DNA of 46,551 nt, taken from contig NC_068981.1 of the NCBI RefSeq assembly GCF_001194135.2, positions 159,613,085-159,659,635 on the forward strand. Direction: 5' to 3'. Source of the DNA: Octopus bimaculoides. Taxonomy: Eukaryota. Below, piece by piece: positions 26,111 through 40,189 of the stretch; within the stretch, counting starts at the first letter, position 1; every line of letters starts with the position of its first letter. The position numbers were made by a program, and so were the translations under genes. The notes below the pieces were generated by a model that did no database searches, was not told where the DNA came from, and saw nothing but the letters and a program-made list of their open reading frames with translations.

Positions 26111-26711
26111 TGTTTTTCTTCCTATTCCCCTCCCTTTTACCCACCATCGCCACTATTCCTGTACCAACTATCTTTATAGAATCGCCGTATATACTTCGAT
26201 AATCGTAATGTCACTACATTTTGAAACACTAGCCCATAGCTGTCACAATGCAAACACAGCAGACGTACAAGAGTACAAATGGCTTCCATTCACTCAACGT
26301 AATAAGTGAAGGTGGCGCCAATGTTTTCTCCTGCCTCCAACGATCTCGTATAAAATTTAACCTCAACTTTCCAGAAGTCTCCGACCAGAATATTTCAGTT
26401 TCGACATGAATATCTTCAAGGAGCCATTAAAGCAAAAACTCAAATTGCACTATGCTGGCTGGCGGCTGCAGTAGACTTAGAACCATGCTTTAATCGGATG
26501 TGAACTTATGAATACATCTCTCTTTCATCTCTCTCTCTCGCTCGCTCGCTCGCTCATTTTCTTTCTGTCGCTCTTTCTTCACACACAGACACACACACAC
26601 ATATATATACACACATACTCACACTCACACACAGATACACACATGTGTATATTTATAATGATATATCTTTCTTTGTATCTGTCTCTAGCTCATCTCTTAC
26701 TCTGTCTCATA

Positions 26712-26836
26712 TATGTATGTATACATGTATGTATGTATGTATGTATGTATGTATGTATGTATGTATGCATGTATACAAGTATACAGATCGATAGACAGAT
26801 AGATAGACAAATAGATAGATAGATAGATAGATAGAC

Positions 26837-26913
<77 letters not shown>

Positions 26914-26915
26914 TA
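26712..26915. repeat. (ATGT)n and (ATAG)n microsatellites
   Basis: Direct reading. Confidence 0.95.
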
Positions 26916-27646
26916 CATACATGTATGTATCTATATATGTATATGTACTCAGATACATACACATCTATGTACTCAGATACACACACACAAAGACACACAC
27001 ACCTGCATCAGATAGGTAGAGTGACGTAAGCTGTGATGTGTGCGTGACTGCACGCGGATGTGTGTAAAAGGTAGAGAGAGAGCGAGAGAGTGAGAGAGAG
27101 AGAGAGAGAGAGAGTTAGACAAAGAGGGAAAGAAAGAATGAAAGAAAGAAGCAAAGAAAGAAAGGAAGAAAGAAAGAGATGACAGTGCATATGAATGTGT
27201 ACATGAATTTACGTGCATATGCGCTTGTGCATGAATGTGTGTGTACATATATACACACATTCATCTGTCTATATAATCATCTGTCTATATAATGTGCGTG
27301 TATATATGAGTGTGCATATGTTTATGTATAAGTGCAAATATCTGCGCGCAGAAGCACACACTGATATATCTATATGTGCACACATGTGCATGTGTGCGTG
27401 AATGCGTACGTGCATGCATATGTATATGCATAAGGGAAAGTTTGTGTAGACAGAAACACATTCACAGCTTACATATATAATATTTCGAAGCAACATGAAA
27501 ATATTGTTTAGAAATAATCAAATGCAATTCCTAAGCGGAATCATATTTATATTTCGAAAATTCTAAGCAGTTGTTACTTTTAATCTGACAAAAGTATAGA
27601 AATCCCTATTACTTACAGAAAATATGTATCAATGATATATACATAC

Positions 27647-27714
<68 letters not shown>

Positions 27715-28749
27715 NNNNNNNNNNNNNNNNNNNNNNNNNNNNNNNNNNNNNNNNNNNNNNNNNNNNNNNNNNNNNNNNNNNNNNNNNNNNNNNNNNNNNN
27801 NNNNNNNNNNNNNNNNNNNNNNNNNNNNNNNNNNNNNNNNNNNNNNNNNNNNNNNNNNNNNNNNNNNNNNNNNNNNNNNNNNNNNNNNNNNNNNNNNNNN
27901 NNNNNNNNNNNNNNNNNNNNNNNNNNNNNNNNNNNNNNNNNNNNNNNNNNNNNNNNNNNNNNNNNNNNNNNNNNNNNNNNNNNNNNNNNNNNNNNNNNNN
28001 NNNNNNNNNNNNNNNNNNNNNNNNNNNNNNNNNNNNNNNNNNNNNNNNNNNNNNNNNNNNNNNNNNNNNNNNNNNNNNNNNNNNNNNNNNNNNNNNNNNN
28101 NNNNNNNNNNNNNNNNNNNNNNNNNNNNNNNNNNNNNNNNNNNNNNNNNNNNNNNNNNNNNNNNNNNNNNNNNNNNNNNNNNNNNNNNNNNNNNNNNNNN
28201 NNNNNNNNNNNNNNNNNNNNNNNNNNNNNNNNNNNNNNNNNNNNNNNNNNNNNNNNNNNNNNNNNNNNNNNNNNNNNNNNNNNNNNNNNNNNNNNNNNNN
28301 NNNNNNNNNNNNNNNNNNNNNNNNNNNNNNNNNNNNNNNNNNNNNNNNNNNNNNNNNNNNNNNNNNNNNNNNNNNNNNNNNNNNNNNNNNNNNNNNNNNN
28401 NNNNNNNNNNNNNNNNNNNNNNNNNNNNNNNNNNNNNNNNNNNNNNNNNNNNNNNNNNNNNNNNNNNNNNNNNNNNNNNNNNNNNNNNNNNNNNNNNNNN
28501 NNNNNNNNNNNNNNNNNNNNNNNNNNNNNNNNNNNNNNNNNNNNNNNNNNNNNNNNNNNNNNNNNNNNNNNNNNNNNNNNNNNNNNNNNNNNNNNNNNNN
28601 NNNNNNNNNNNNNNNNNNNNNNNNNNNACCTTACAGGCAAAAATCGGTATAATATTACACCGGGTTACGTGATATATAATATATATGCATATAACTAATT
28701 TAGAGACGAACCACCACTCTACAACTCAGTCAACTCAGAACCCTCCAAA

Positions 28750-28900
28750 TCCATGTTGTGAGGCATATACCATATTAATATTTATCTAAGATCTTAATGT
28801 AAAATTTTTTTAAATTTAAATAATATATATTATTTAAATTTAAAATTTTAGATTAAAATCTTAGATAAATATTAATATGGTATATGCCTCACAACATGGA
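28750..28900. repeat. Near-perfect 151-bp palindrome adjacent to an N gap
   Basis: tccatgttgtgaggcatataccatattaatatttatctaagat ... atcttagataaatattaatatggtatatgcctcacaacatgga. Confidence 0.9.
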
Positions 28901-29253
28901 NNNNNNNNNNNNNNNNNNNNNNNNNNNNNNNNNNNNNNNNNNNNNNNNNNNNNNNNNNNNNNNNNNNNNNNNNNNATCTTTATAGACAGGGGCATGACCA
29001 ATAGCATTCCAGCCATGACCATTCCTTCTTTTAATTACCGAACTTGTCTAATTTCTTTTAAGCTGATAGGGTGTGGTTTAAAGGTAATTTGATTGCTATT
29101 TCTTGTAAACCGAGCGACTGTGTCTGAGTTGTTTTTTTCTTTTTGGTTGTTGGCTTGTGTTGTGCATGTGTGTATATTTGTGAGTGTATACTCAGAGGTG
29201 CGTGCTTGTGTACATATATGTATGTATGTGTGTGCGTGTGTGTGTGTGTGTGT

Positions 29254-29309
<56 letters not shown>

Positions 29310-29319
<10 letters not shown>

Positions 29320-29510
29320 CTGCGTTTCTCCCCCACCACTGCTTGACAACTGGTGTCGGTGTGTTTTCGTCCATGTAACTAGCGGTTTGGCAAAAGTGAC
29401 CGATAGAATAAGCTTTAAAAAATAAGTCCTAGGGTCGACTAAAACCCTTCAAGTCGTTGCCCCAGCACGGACGTGGTCAAATGACTGAAACAAGTAAAAG
29501 ATATAAAAAG
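29310..29510 (+). mobile_element. SINE family B 3' half
   Basis: gcttgacaactggtgtcggtgtg...ggcaaaagtgaccgatagaataag...gtcaaatgactgaaacaagtaaaaga. Confidence 0.8.
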
Positions 29511-30837
29511 ATAAGAATCTGTAAAAATGAAAGAACCATTTTTGTTTTCAAGGAAACCCATACAGTCCACCGGTTCTTGCGCTCTTACGATTCGTTCTTG
29601 TACTAAAAATGTTCCCCAGCTCTGTTATAACACATCCATTTTTTTCTATTATTATAGTCTCATACGCCTATTCTGGCATGATAGATTCACGTGACTACTT
29701 AATCTCATTTTCGCCATTTATTATATGACCGTAAACTGAATTGTTAACAGGCTACCTTCTATCCGTGCTATTTAATCTCATCATTGCGCTTATTTGACCG
29801 GAAAATGATTTGTTAACGTACTACTTATTTTCAATCCGTGCCACTTTCTCTTTCTGATTAAAGAGTAAACTAAGCATTATATTCCATATTTGTTTCTACA
29901 ATAATATCTTTAAAAAATATACCTTGAATGACAATAAGGTTACAATTGTATCATTTGGTAGGTTTTCAATATATTCTCTTCCCTTATTGCTAACGATTTA
30001 TCGATAGTAATTTCAAGTGATTCTTGTAAAACGAAATGCAACCAAGAATGGTTTCTCCAATGACGAAAGGAAACTTTAGGAATATTCCGTTTGAATTACT
30101 ATAAAAATGTTGGTCTATTTTATATTATTTTCACAGCTGATTCCTATTTTCCCTTCCTTTTTGTAAATTTATTGTTAGTCGTTTATAGCTTCCTATTTAT
30201 TGAGAAATTAATTCAAATCATAATTGAGATGCTTAGAAGTGTTTATGGTAGATATGTGGATCAAATAACAATTAGTAGAACGAGTAAGCCATAAAATGAA
30301 AACATCAATAATAACATAGAAGAACAATAATACTGTAAACAGCCAATCGGAAAGAAAAAGGTAATGTTATAAATAATTCATAGCAATTACCAACAGCATC
30401 AGAACAAGTCAATGAATTATATTATTGACATACTTGTGTACATTAATTGTCTCATTAAAATGCTGGTGGATATATTAACCATAATTCTATATTTGTCACC
30501 ATACGACAGCTTAGACCATCTCTGCAAGTTGGAAGGGCGCCATTCAATCGACTACAGAACTGACTACACGGTTGTTTTATAGGAACAATTTGGGAGAGCA
30601 CTGTAACGATTGAAGCTTTACTCTCGTGCTTGAAATTGCAAGTATAAAATTTTCATTGCTCTGTGGTCAATAAGGTAAAGACTAAAAATGAAACTCATTC
30701 CTAGCTAGAACACAACTTTTATATGAATATGAAATTTTAAATACATATAGAACACAACTTTTATATAAATTTTTGTTCAACCCATAGTCAGAAAACATGA
30801 GTCATCATTTTAAATAGGTTAATATCTTACGGTAATT

Positions 30838-31038
30838 AGGTGGTAGAATCATTAGCACGCCAGGGAAAATGCTTAGTGGCATTTCGTCTGTCTTCACGTT
30901 CTGAATTCAACTTTTGTCGTCTTTGTCTTTCATCCCTTTTGGGGTCAATAAAATAAGTACCAGCCGAGAACTGGGGTCGTGTAATCGACTTACCCCTCCA
31001 CCTCCGAAATTGCTGGCCTTGTACCAAAATTTGAAACC
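30838..31038 (+). mobile_element. SINE family A
   Basis: Near full-length consensus match. Confidence 0.88.
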
Positions 31039-31252
31039 AATATTTTGCGGTAATATCACTCACGTATCATAGAAAATTGTCACTCGTATATCATAGGCAA
31101 TATTTCACTCTCACATGTATTCAATATTTTTCTCCCATTAAACACATTTTATAGAATGATGATGCCGTAACACACGTGGTTCATTGGTGGAATATAAGCA
31201 ACAAGAACAATTGTAATCTAAATTTTTACCCCCACTTCAATGAAGTGAAACC

Positions 31253-31283
<31 letters not shown>

Positions 31284-32704
31284 AGAAAAAGGAACATTTT
31301 CTAACAGAAAAGTATGCAATTAAAATGAATTATCGTTTACGTAACTCTTTCTTTAAATAATTGTGGGTAAATGTCAGTAATGACCTTCTCAGGTTCCCCA
31401 GTATTTTAATTTATAAAAAGAAACAATGGCTGGGGGTTGCAAAAAATTCATGATTTTTCAAATTTTCTTTTCTTTAGCATATAAATGTATTTATGGAAAG
31501 AAAAATATTGAAAAACATCAATGCATGCAAGAGTANNNNNNNNNNNNNNNNNNNNNNNNNNNNNNNNNNNNNNNNNNNNNNNNNNNNNNNNNNNNNNNNN
31601 NNNNNNNNNNNNNNNNNNNNNNNNNNNNNNNNNNNNNNNNNNNNNNNNNNNNNNNNNNNNNNNNNNNNNNNNNNNNNNNNNNNNNNNNNNNNNNNNNNNN
31701 NNNNNNNNNNNNNNNNNNNNNNNNNNNNNNNNNNNNNNNNNNNNNNNNNNNNNNNNNNNNNNNNNNNNNNNNNNNNNNNNNNNNNNNNNNNNNNNNNNNN
31801 NNNNNNNNNNNNNNNNNNNNNNNNNNNNNNNNNNNNNNNNNNNNNNNNNNNNNNNNNNNNNNNNNNNNNNNNNNNNNNNNNNNNNNNNNNNNNNNNNNNN
31901 NNNNNNNNNNNNNNNNNNNNNNNNNNNNNNNNNNNNNNNNNNNNNNNNNNNNNNNNNNNNNNNNNNNNNNNNNNNNNNNNNNNNNNNNNNNNNNNNNNNN
32001 NNNNNNNNNNNNNNNNNNNNNNNNNNNNNNNNNNNNNNNNNNNNNNNNNNNNNNNNNNNNNNNNNNNNNNNNNNNNNNNNNNNNNNNNNNNNNNNNNNNN
32101 NNNNNNNNNNNNNNNNNNNNNNNNNNNNNNNNNNNNNNNNNNNNNNNNCAAAACATCTAAGCGGTACTTGTAGAAAATTTCGTTAAAAGGTATCCATTTT
32201 TGTGGATGTTATGAGGCAAGAAATTTGGGGCTGCATACATCAGTAGCTATGCCCTTTTATCTATACGATTCTTTTTATTTTAAGATTATTTTATTCATTG
32301 TTTACCATATTCTCTCTCCTCCTCCTCTCTCTCTCTCTCTCACACACACATACACACACACACACACACACTGCAAAGCTTACAGATGGACTGCTGAATT
32401 GAAATCTTTATGTTGCTTTGAGGGGAAGGTAAAACCTAACAAAGTACCTCCCCCTCTGTAGTTGGACTACTTTGATGTTTGCTTAAAAAAAGAGAGATTA
32501 TGTTTGTGATAAAATAATGAAAGCAATATTTACTAAGAAAGTGAGCTCTATTATACAAAGAAATAATTAGACGTAAAATATAAAAATTATTAGAATTGGG
32601 AATCAAATGTGAAAATATTATCAAATGGCTAGCAGAAAGCCGCCCGGATGGCGGTCTTTCTGCTTGCTCAACTTATTGATATATCTAATGATTACGTAGG
32701 TAAC

Positions 32705-32830
32705 GAAAATGCAACGAGCTAGCAGAGTCGTTAACGTGCCGGGCAAAATAGTGACATCTCTTCCGGATTTACGTTCAAATTCCGTCGAGGTCTTTTTTTT
32801 TTTCACCTTTTCAGAGTTGATAAAATATGT
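32705..32830 (+). mobile_element. SINE family A, 5' part
   Basis: gagctagcagagtcgttaacgtgccgggc...acgttcaaattccgtcgaggtc. Confidence 0.7.
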
Positions 32831-32944
32831 CCTAGTTGTGTGTGTATTATATATATGAGAAAACCAAATTTTACATATATATGAATCGAGACCGCGATTG
32901 TGAGTGCAACACCCTGACCACTGGGCACGAGCCTATATCTCAGT

Positions 32945-33027
32945 TTTATCTTTTACTTGCTTCAGTCTTCAGGGTGCGGCCATGCTGGGGCACCGACTTG
33001 AGGGGTTTCTAGTCGAACAAATCGACT
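32945..33027 (-). mobile_element. SINE family B 3' tail
   Basis: Minus strand: agtcgatttgttcgactag...ccccagcatggccgcacc...aagcaagtaaaagataa. Confidence 0.75.
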
Positions 33028-33442
33028 NNNNNNNNNNGCAACAGCCAGTTCTTTTGGTCAAACTATCGTATCTCCAGCTGCTTCAGATACCAAAATATCA
33101 AAAATTGTCAAAGTGTAGTACAACGGTTTTGCTATGGAACGGTGAAACTATTTTATCGTTTTCTGAAAAAGCAACGTTTTGGACTTACGACACTTTTGCA
33201 CTATAGCAACGATATATATTTATATCTTCGAAACGCCTAGTTAGAATAGAGGCAGCTGATGAAGGAATAATTCCAAGTGGCTATCTGTTTTCCTATGTGT
33301 TCGTTCCGTTCTCTGTAGTTAATTTTTCTAACGTCCTGTACCCTGATATGCATCTATATACACATGTAGATGTAAGTATGTACGTATATGTGTGTATACA
33401 TGCATATATATTCTTTGTATTATTCATATATATATATATATT

Positions 33443-33593
33443 TACGACGAACCTCTTTCAGTTTCTGTCAACGAAGTCCACTCACAAGGCTTTGGTCAGC
33501 CCGAGGCTATAGTAAGTACCACGCAGTGGGTCTGAACCCGGATCCATGTACTTAAGAAGCAAGCTTCTTACCACACAGCCACACCTGCACCTA
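33443..33593 (-). mobile_element. SINE family B 5' part
   Basis: Minus strand: taggtgcaggtgtggctgtgtggtaagaagcttgcttc...ccttgtgagtggacttcg. Confidence 0.8.
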
Positions 33594-34102
33594 TATAAAA
33601 TCCTGCCAATAGAATCTCCGTTTCATCCACAGATCAATACACATACTCAAAAATCTTATTTCGTACAATTACTTTTATATGTTTAATACAATTACATTCC
33701 TTATTAGCGTCAAATATAATGAAATGTATTATATAATTTACATACTGATGATTTCAGTACTTAGATTATAGCGGTATAAATCTTTCTTAGAACTATAGGA
33801 AATACAATGCATTTCAGTGATAGCTTTTCATTTGATAAGTGAGGCTATTTTAACAAGATTTGATATTTTCAACTAACAGGAAATACGACTTATTTTTACT
33901 TTTAATTGTCGTTAGTGGTTGTTTCACAAAATGAAATGCATCTTGCAACTTTAATGAAAATGGAACGCTACTAACATTTTTTTTTTTTTTTAATCTACTG
34001 TCTTTGTTACCGAGCCTTTCATTTGTAACTTACTAATTTACTTCAAGCGTCATTAATTAGTATTCAAATATTTTCAATTTTCAGTCTCGAAACATTTCTC
34101 TC

Positions 34103-34177
<75 letters not shown>

Positions 34178-34544
34178 TCCCCCTCTCTCTCTTCCTTTTA
34201 TTCACATTCTCAAACACACAAAACACGCATGCACACACATACACATAGACATTTCTTTTCAAACAAACGAGCATCCCTTCTCCTTTTCTCACCATCCTCT
34301 CTTTGTGTTACATTTTAGTTAGAGAAGGATCAATCTCTTAGTTTCCACACATTTTGTTTGCGAGCGCCGTAAGCGATGGTAAATTATATGTTGGTAATTG
34401 AATCATCTACATAGGTTCGATTTCCAGCTGAGCAGTTTCATCTCCTTTACGCCTATATTCGCGAGTATTAGCAGAAGTGTAGTGAGCAGTGAGAGCAGTG
34501 AACTCTAGTGGACAGTTTTGGTCACTTTACTTTTTATTTTTAAG

Positions 34545-34760
34545 GACTGCGAGCCGGTAGGGTCGTTACAGCGACGAAAAATGCTTTACGTGCTTTCTTC
34601 CGGCTCTTCAAGTTCTGACTACAAATCGAATTGCGCCCAGGTTATCTCTGCCTTTCATCCCTTCGAAGTTAATAGACTAGGGTATCAATCTAGTATTGGT
34701 GTTGACAATATCGATAAACTCTCTTTTCAAAATTATTAACCTTGTGCCTCAATCAGAAAA
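34545..34760 (+). mobile_element. SINE family A, degenerate subfamily
   Basis: tttcttccggctcttcaagttctg...tgcctttcatcccttcgaag. Confidence 0.6.
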
Positions 34761-35055
34761 AATTTTGCTTATATAAACGATCTTACATCATTAATTAGAT
34801 GGTTCGAATTTATGGGGGGGGGGGCGTGCGCGTGCATGTATGTGTGTGTTAGAAAAAGTAGAAAAGCATAAATCTCATAGATAATTCATAATTTAATTAC
34901 TTTCAACAGCTGTTTCATTAAGAATAAACCTAATTAAGATACATATTTAATTAAGATAAATTAATTTAAAGTAATGTTTATCCCAACGCTTTAGGCATGC
35001 CACAAACCGTTACTGGTTTAATTAGATGTATACACACATCCACATACATATATGT

Positions 35056-35152
<97 letters not shown>

Positions 35153-36121
35153 ATTTTTCGCTGCGGATATAGTCTCGAGAGAAAATTCTCCTCAGAGACA
35201 AAATGTGTGAAAAGAAATTGTGCTATGGACGATGACAAGATTGTGGGGCGTATGCATAATATTCCTGATATTTTAGGATAAATATTGCTTTAAGTTAATG
35301 AAGTTTATTTATATTAACCATGTATCGTAATCACGTAATTACATAACTGATGATGTTTATTCCTAACGAACAACTGCTGAACGTAATTTAATTACGAATT
35401 TTCAAATCTGCGCCTTTTTGGCTTTTTACTCTAAATATACATTGCTCTTAAGGATTGTTGATGCCGATTATGTATATATATATATGTAGGCTTTTCCTAC
35501 TTGGATTAACTGCCATGTTATAACGTTTCGGAGATTAACAACCTAGGACTAATTAAGCTCTTAATTACCGTGGATATATACTTTTTGATGTTTTATACAT
35601 AGCTTCATTTAATATATATACATATATGTACGTGTGTATGTAAGCGTATTTGTATGTGTGTATACATACATACGTATATACATACATACATACTTACATA
35701 CATACATACATGCATGCATGCATATATTTGAATATACATATCTATAAACATTTATACATGCATATACACACGCATACATGTTTATTATCAACATTTGTTT
35801 CCTTGAAGTTTCGGTGGTCATGTTATATATCAAATCTGCTGCATATACATAATTATTTATGTCTGCATTATAAATTTATAGATAAATATGAATAAATTTC
35901 TTCAGCATATCTTGAATTTTACCTACACCGTCTTCATTAAGATATTATCAACACTAATTTTAAATGCTTCTTTCTACAGTTGTATTTTAGAAAACAAAAC
36001 ATTCTCCCTAAAACTTCCTCGAAAAAAATTTTTAATTCTCCATTTCTGTTCCTTGCTTGCTATTCCCTTTGATAAACACAACAATTATTAAAACAGCTAT
36101 TATAATCATCATTAATATATC

Positions 36122-36338
36122 TAAGGTGGCATGCTGGCAGAGTCGTTACCACGCTGGGCAATATGCTTAGTGGCATTTAGTCTGTCTTTACGTTCTGCTT
36201 TGAAATTCCGCCGAGGTCGACTTTGCATTTTCATCCCTTTCGGAGATCGTTAAAATAAGTACCAGTTGAGCACTGGAGTTGATGTAACCGACTTAACCTC
36301 TCCCCCGAAATTGCTGGCCTGTGCCACTATTTGAAACC
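36122..36338 (+). mobile_element. SINE family A, full length
   Basis: Consensus match from taaggtggcatgctggcaga to ttgaaacc. Confidence 0.9.
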
Positions 36339-36564
36339 ATTGTTAATACATCTTTCCTATCTACATTCCGGCAGAAGACTTGGAGGATCTATGACGTAAT
36401 TCGCAGACGAACATGTTGGCTAGTTTAGCAATAATGTCCAGCTGTTGATGCCTTTGATTAGTTCCAGAACAACTCTGATCGAGCAGATCTAGGATCAAAG
36501 ACGTTCTAGCTTTGACCTAACCTTCTTTGAAAATTATTAACAATTACATTGTTTAATATTTCCC

Positions 36565-36762
36565 TAAAGCGGCGTTCTGGCAGAATTGTTAGCATGTCGG
36601 ACAAAGCTTTTTGCGGAATTTCTTCCGGCTCTTTAACGTCCTGTGTTCAAAATTTGCCGAGGCCATCTTGCCTTTCATCCTTTCGAGATAAAATAAAGTA
36701 TCAATCAAGTACTGGGGTCGATGTAATTTTAAAATTGCTGGCACTGTGCCAAAATTAGAAAG
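36565..36762 (+). mobile_element. SINE family A
   Basis: Consensus match. Confidence 0.8.
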
Positions 36763-37295
36763 AATTATCTAATGTTAGTTTTTCCCCACCACCACCACTT
36801 TAAAGACGGTAGAATATGACTGGAGAGAGATTTTACTTCTGTTTCTAGCAAGTTAAACAACCCCGTAGAGGTCCCCTCTTACTGATGTGTTGCACAACGA
36901 ATATCAGTTTGACATATGAGGCGGTCTCGAGACCTCTTTGTCTCGCTTCCTTATGTGCAGACATACATACATACATGCATCTATGTTTATATGTATAGAT
37001 CAGTCAAATGTCAAGACCAAACATTGGGATTAAAATGACTCAACCACCACTACTGTATTCAGCATTCAGACAGGCGTCATCATACTTTATACAGTGAACT
37101 AGAAATTTTAATCAAATAAAGTTACACTCTTAATGATGAGAAAATATATCGTTATGTTAACGATAAATTCTGGATAAGAAATTTTAGAATGCAATATGGA
37201 GTGAATCTGATCTTTGGTAGGACGATCACAACTGTGATCACGTATACAAAAACAATCTATATATGAAATATATCAACATTGATATAAAAGAACGA

Positions 37296-37440
37296 GGGTG
37301 CATGGCCCTGTATTTCGGATGTCTGGCTCGTGATCATAAGGTCGTGGGTTCAATTCCTGATCCCGGCAACACGATGTGTTTTTCATCAATGCACTTCATT
37401 TTAAATTACTCTAGTCTATTCCGTTGTAGATAGTACCAAT
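37296..37440 (+). mobile_element. Degenerate tRNA/CORE-like SINE related to C2
   Basis: B box gggttcaattcc, then degenerate cacttcattttaaattactctagtc. Confidence 0.55.
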
Positions 37441-38104
37441 CGAGTGCTTAATGCAGCTCTCTATTACGACTTGGATGTTGCGTAGGATCAGTGTCAGAAT
37501 ATCTCTGTCTGCTCGCTTCTATATAGTCACTTAAAACAATTAGTGAATGCATGGCTCATATGACTAAGCTATACTCCGCAAAAGACGGTTGCCTTAGCCA
37601 AAGAAAATCAATAATTAACTGAAAATATTGAAAATTTCACACGTAGGAAAATCTAAGTTGACTAGAATAAGGAAAAATGTTGAATAAGCTCTATCTTCTC
37701 TATATTTTCTTCTATATCCTTTGGTTGTGTTTGCACAACCAAAAGAACGAACACAAAACTCAACCTTCATTTTTCTTCCTTCTTTCTTTTTTCCCCTTAT
37801 CTCAATATCTGTTTTCCGATCTTCTTCTTTCTCGTTGTTCTCTTTCTTTTTATTTTATCTGTTTTTCAATGATTTGCCTTCTTCTTATCTCTTTACCACC
37901 ATCTTGTTCTCTCATACTCTGTTACCTTCTTTAAACTTCTCATCTGCTTTTTATCAGTTAGTCCGTTGAAGAGAAACAATGTTCATAGGCCTTGAAGGCT
38001 CTCCACAACTGGAAGTCCTATTTCTCCTTAACTCTACTCATTCCATTTTATTGCTTAACTCTTTCTGTCTCTCGATTCTGTCTTTCACTCTCTTTAAAAT
38101 TCAT

Positions 38105-38106
38105 AC

Positions 38107-38175
<69 letters not shown>

Positions 38176-38180
38176 GCCTG

Positions 38181-38245
<65 letters not shown>

Positions 38246-38426
38246 ACAGTATCTACTTCTTTCTCATACAATTATTTTTTGTTTTACTCCTCAATGTCAA
38301 CCCTCACCTTATGCCTTATTACATTATCTTATTCTTGCATTCTCTTCTTCTTCCTCTTCCTCTTCTTCTTCTTCTTCTTCTTCTTCTTCTTCTTCTTCTT
38401 CTTCCTCCTCCTCCTCCTCCTCCTCT

Positions 38427-38461
<35 letters not shown>

Positions 38462-38585
38462 CNNNNNNNNNNNNNNNNNNNNNNNNNNTCTTCCTCTTCC
38501 TCTTCTTCTTCTTCTTCTTCTTCTTCTTCTTCTTCTTCTTCTTCCTCCTCCTCCTCCTCCTCCTCCTCCTCTTCTTCTTTTTCTT
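38105..38585. repeat. (TGTC)n, (CT)n, (CTT)n/(CCT)n microsatellites
   Basis: Direct reading. Confidence 0.97.
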
Positions 38586-39251
38586 CTTCCACTTTCTCCT
38601 TTTTCTCTCTCTCTCTCCCGCTTTCTTTCCTTCTATAACACACACACACACACACACACATACACACACACACACATACACACAACACACACACAGCGGC
38701 AAAGACACGTCTTCGCGCTTCAACCGTTGCAAGGTACCATATTCACTTGTATCTCTAAGTTTATGTCCATGTGATATTACTATTCGCCTGATCTGTAAAA
38801 TAAATGAACAGCTGCCAGTAAAATCTTCACGTTTTATCGTGGACCTTCAGTTTTTAAAATACCACCTCGTATATTAAGGCAGCTTTTATGACGGAGCATG
38901 AACCACAGAACAAGATGAGGATAAATTATTGCCTGAAGTTTTGTAACGTTAAATATTTGATATTAGATCAAGAACCACGTTTCCTTTTTAAAAATTGTTT
39001 GGTGAGGGACTTATCAAAAGAATGTAAACGAAATCATTATGAAGAAAAGATTAAAACAGTGATACAATTAAGCGTACCATGAATCAAAGATGAAATATCG
39101 AAAATTAGGATATCTCTATGATGGAATTCAATTCTAACGAACAGTAACTTCCCTTTTATCTTCACCTTCTCTCTCTTTCTCTTTCAGAGATTGATGAGAT
39201 TCCTATAAAATTTATATATCAATAACTACAATTGTTATTGGTGTTGATATA

Positions 39252-39390
39252 TTCTGAGTTCAAATCCTGCCGAGGTCAACTTTCATCCTTCAGAAGTAGA
39301 TGAATTAAGTACCAGTTGAACACTGGGATCGATGTAATCAATTATACCCACTCACCAAAATTTCAGGCCTTGTGCCTTTAGTAGAAAGGA
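39252..39390 (+). mobile_element. SINE family A, 3' part
   Basis: ttctgagttcaaatcctgccgaggtcaac...ggccttgtgcct. Confidence 0.8.
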
Positions 39391-39417
39391 TTATTATTAT
39401 TAGTATTATTATTATTA

Positions 39418-39648
39418 TTGAGTGAGAAAGCAGGGTATGCCATCAAATTGACACTGGGGTAAAATATACGAAGCCCAGTATACCCATTATGACTACCTGT
39501 CTGATAAGGGTACACCAGGCACATGCATCACAACCATATGTGCGCGACATGGTGATCTCATATCAAGATAAACAGCGCATGACCTCGCAGGTGGGGCCCA
39601 GTTAGAATTTTCTTCAGGTCGAGTAGCCCATCACGCTCAAAAGGTCCC

Positions 39649-39649
<1 letters not shown>
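39418..39649 (-). mobile_element. Family T copy 4, 5'-truncated
   Basis: Retains only the ttgagtgag-end 232 bp; TTA flanks on both sides. Confidence 0.88.
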
Positions 39650-39709
<60 letters not shown>

Positions 39710-39711
<2 letters not shown>

Positions 39712-39845
39712 AGTGTCGAGCTGGCAGAATCGTTAGCACACCGGGAGAAATGCTTAGCGGTATTCCGTCTGTCTTCACGTCGTGAGTTCAAATGCCGCCG
39801 GGGTCGACTTCATTAAGTACCAGTTACGCAGTGGAGTCGATGTCA
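39710..39845 (+). mobile_element. SINE family A with internal deletion
   Basis: gagctggcagaatcgttagcacaccggg...ggggtcgactt. Confidence 0.8.
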
Positions 39846-40189
39846 TGGTGGTGGTGGTGGTGGTAGTGGTGTTTTCATATTCGTATCGACAAAACGTCCA
39901 TTAGATCGCTTGTGAGTTTGCTTAATTTTTTATATATTTATGACTGTATCTTGTTGATGCATTCCGTCTTGATAAGCAAACCAAAACTCTTAAGAGTTCG
40001 CTGGCTTATCCGTTTCTCGCCCCTTGGGGGCTCACGTTTGTTAGAAAAGTTTTCAAAGTTTGTTTTGAAAAACATTTTTTATAAACATAGTCAACGCTTC
40101 CACAGCCATCAAACTGAAGGGACATGTAGGACGTAATTGTCAAAGACAGATGTAGAAAGTGCAAAGATTTCTTCTTCTGACTCTATTCA

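Noticed and set aside
30583-30674. Candidate exon with ttttatag acceptor and aag|gtaaag donor
   Set aside because: Stops in all three frames and no recognisable peptide.
33225-33274. Third hammerhead-like core CTGATGA-A-GGAATAATTCC
   Set aside because: No GAAA after stem II, and the upstream GAAAC gives no valid stem I for a type II fold; at best a broken relic.
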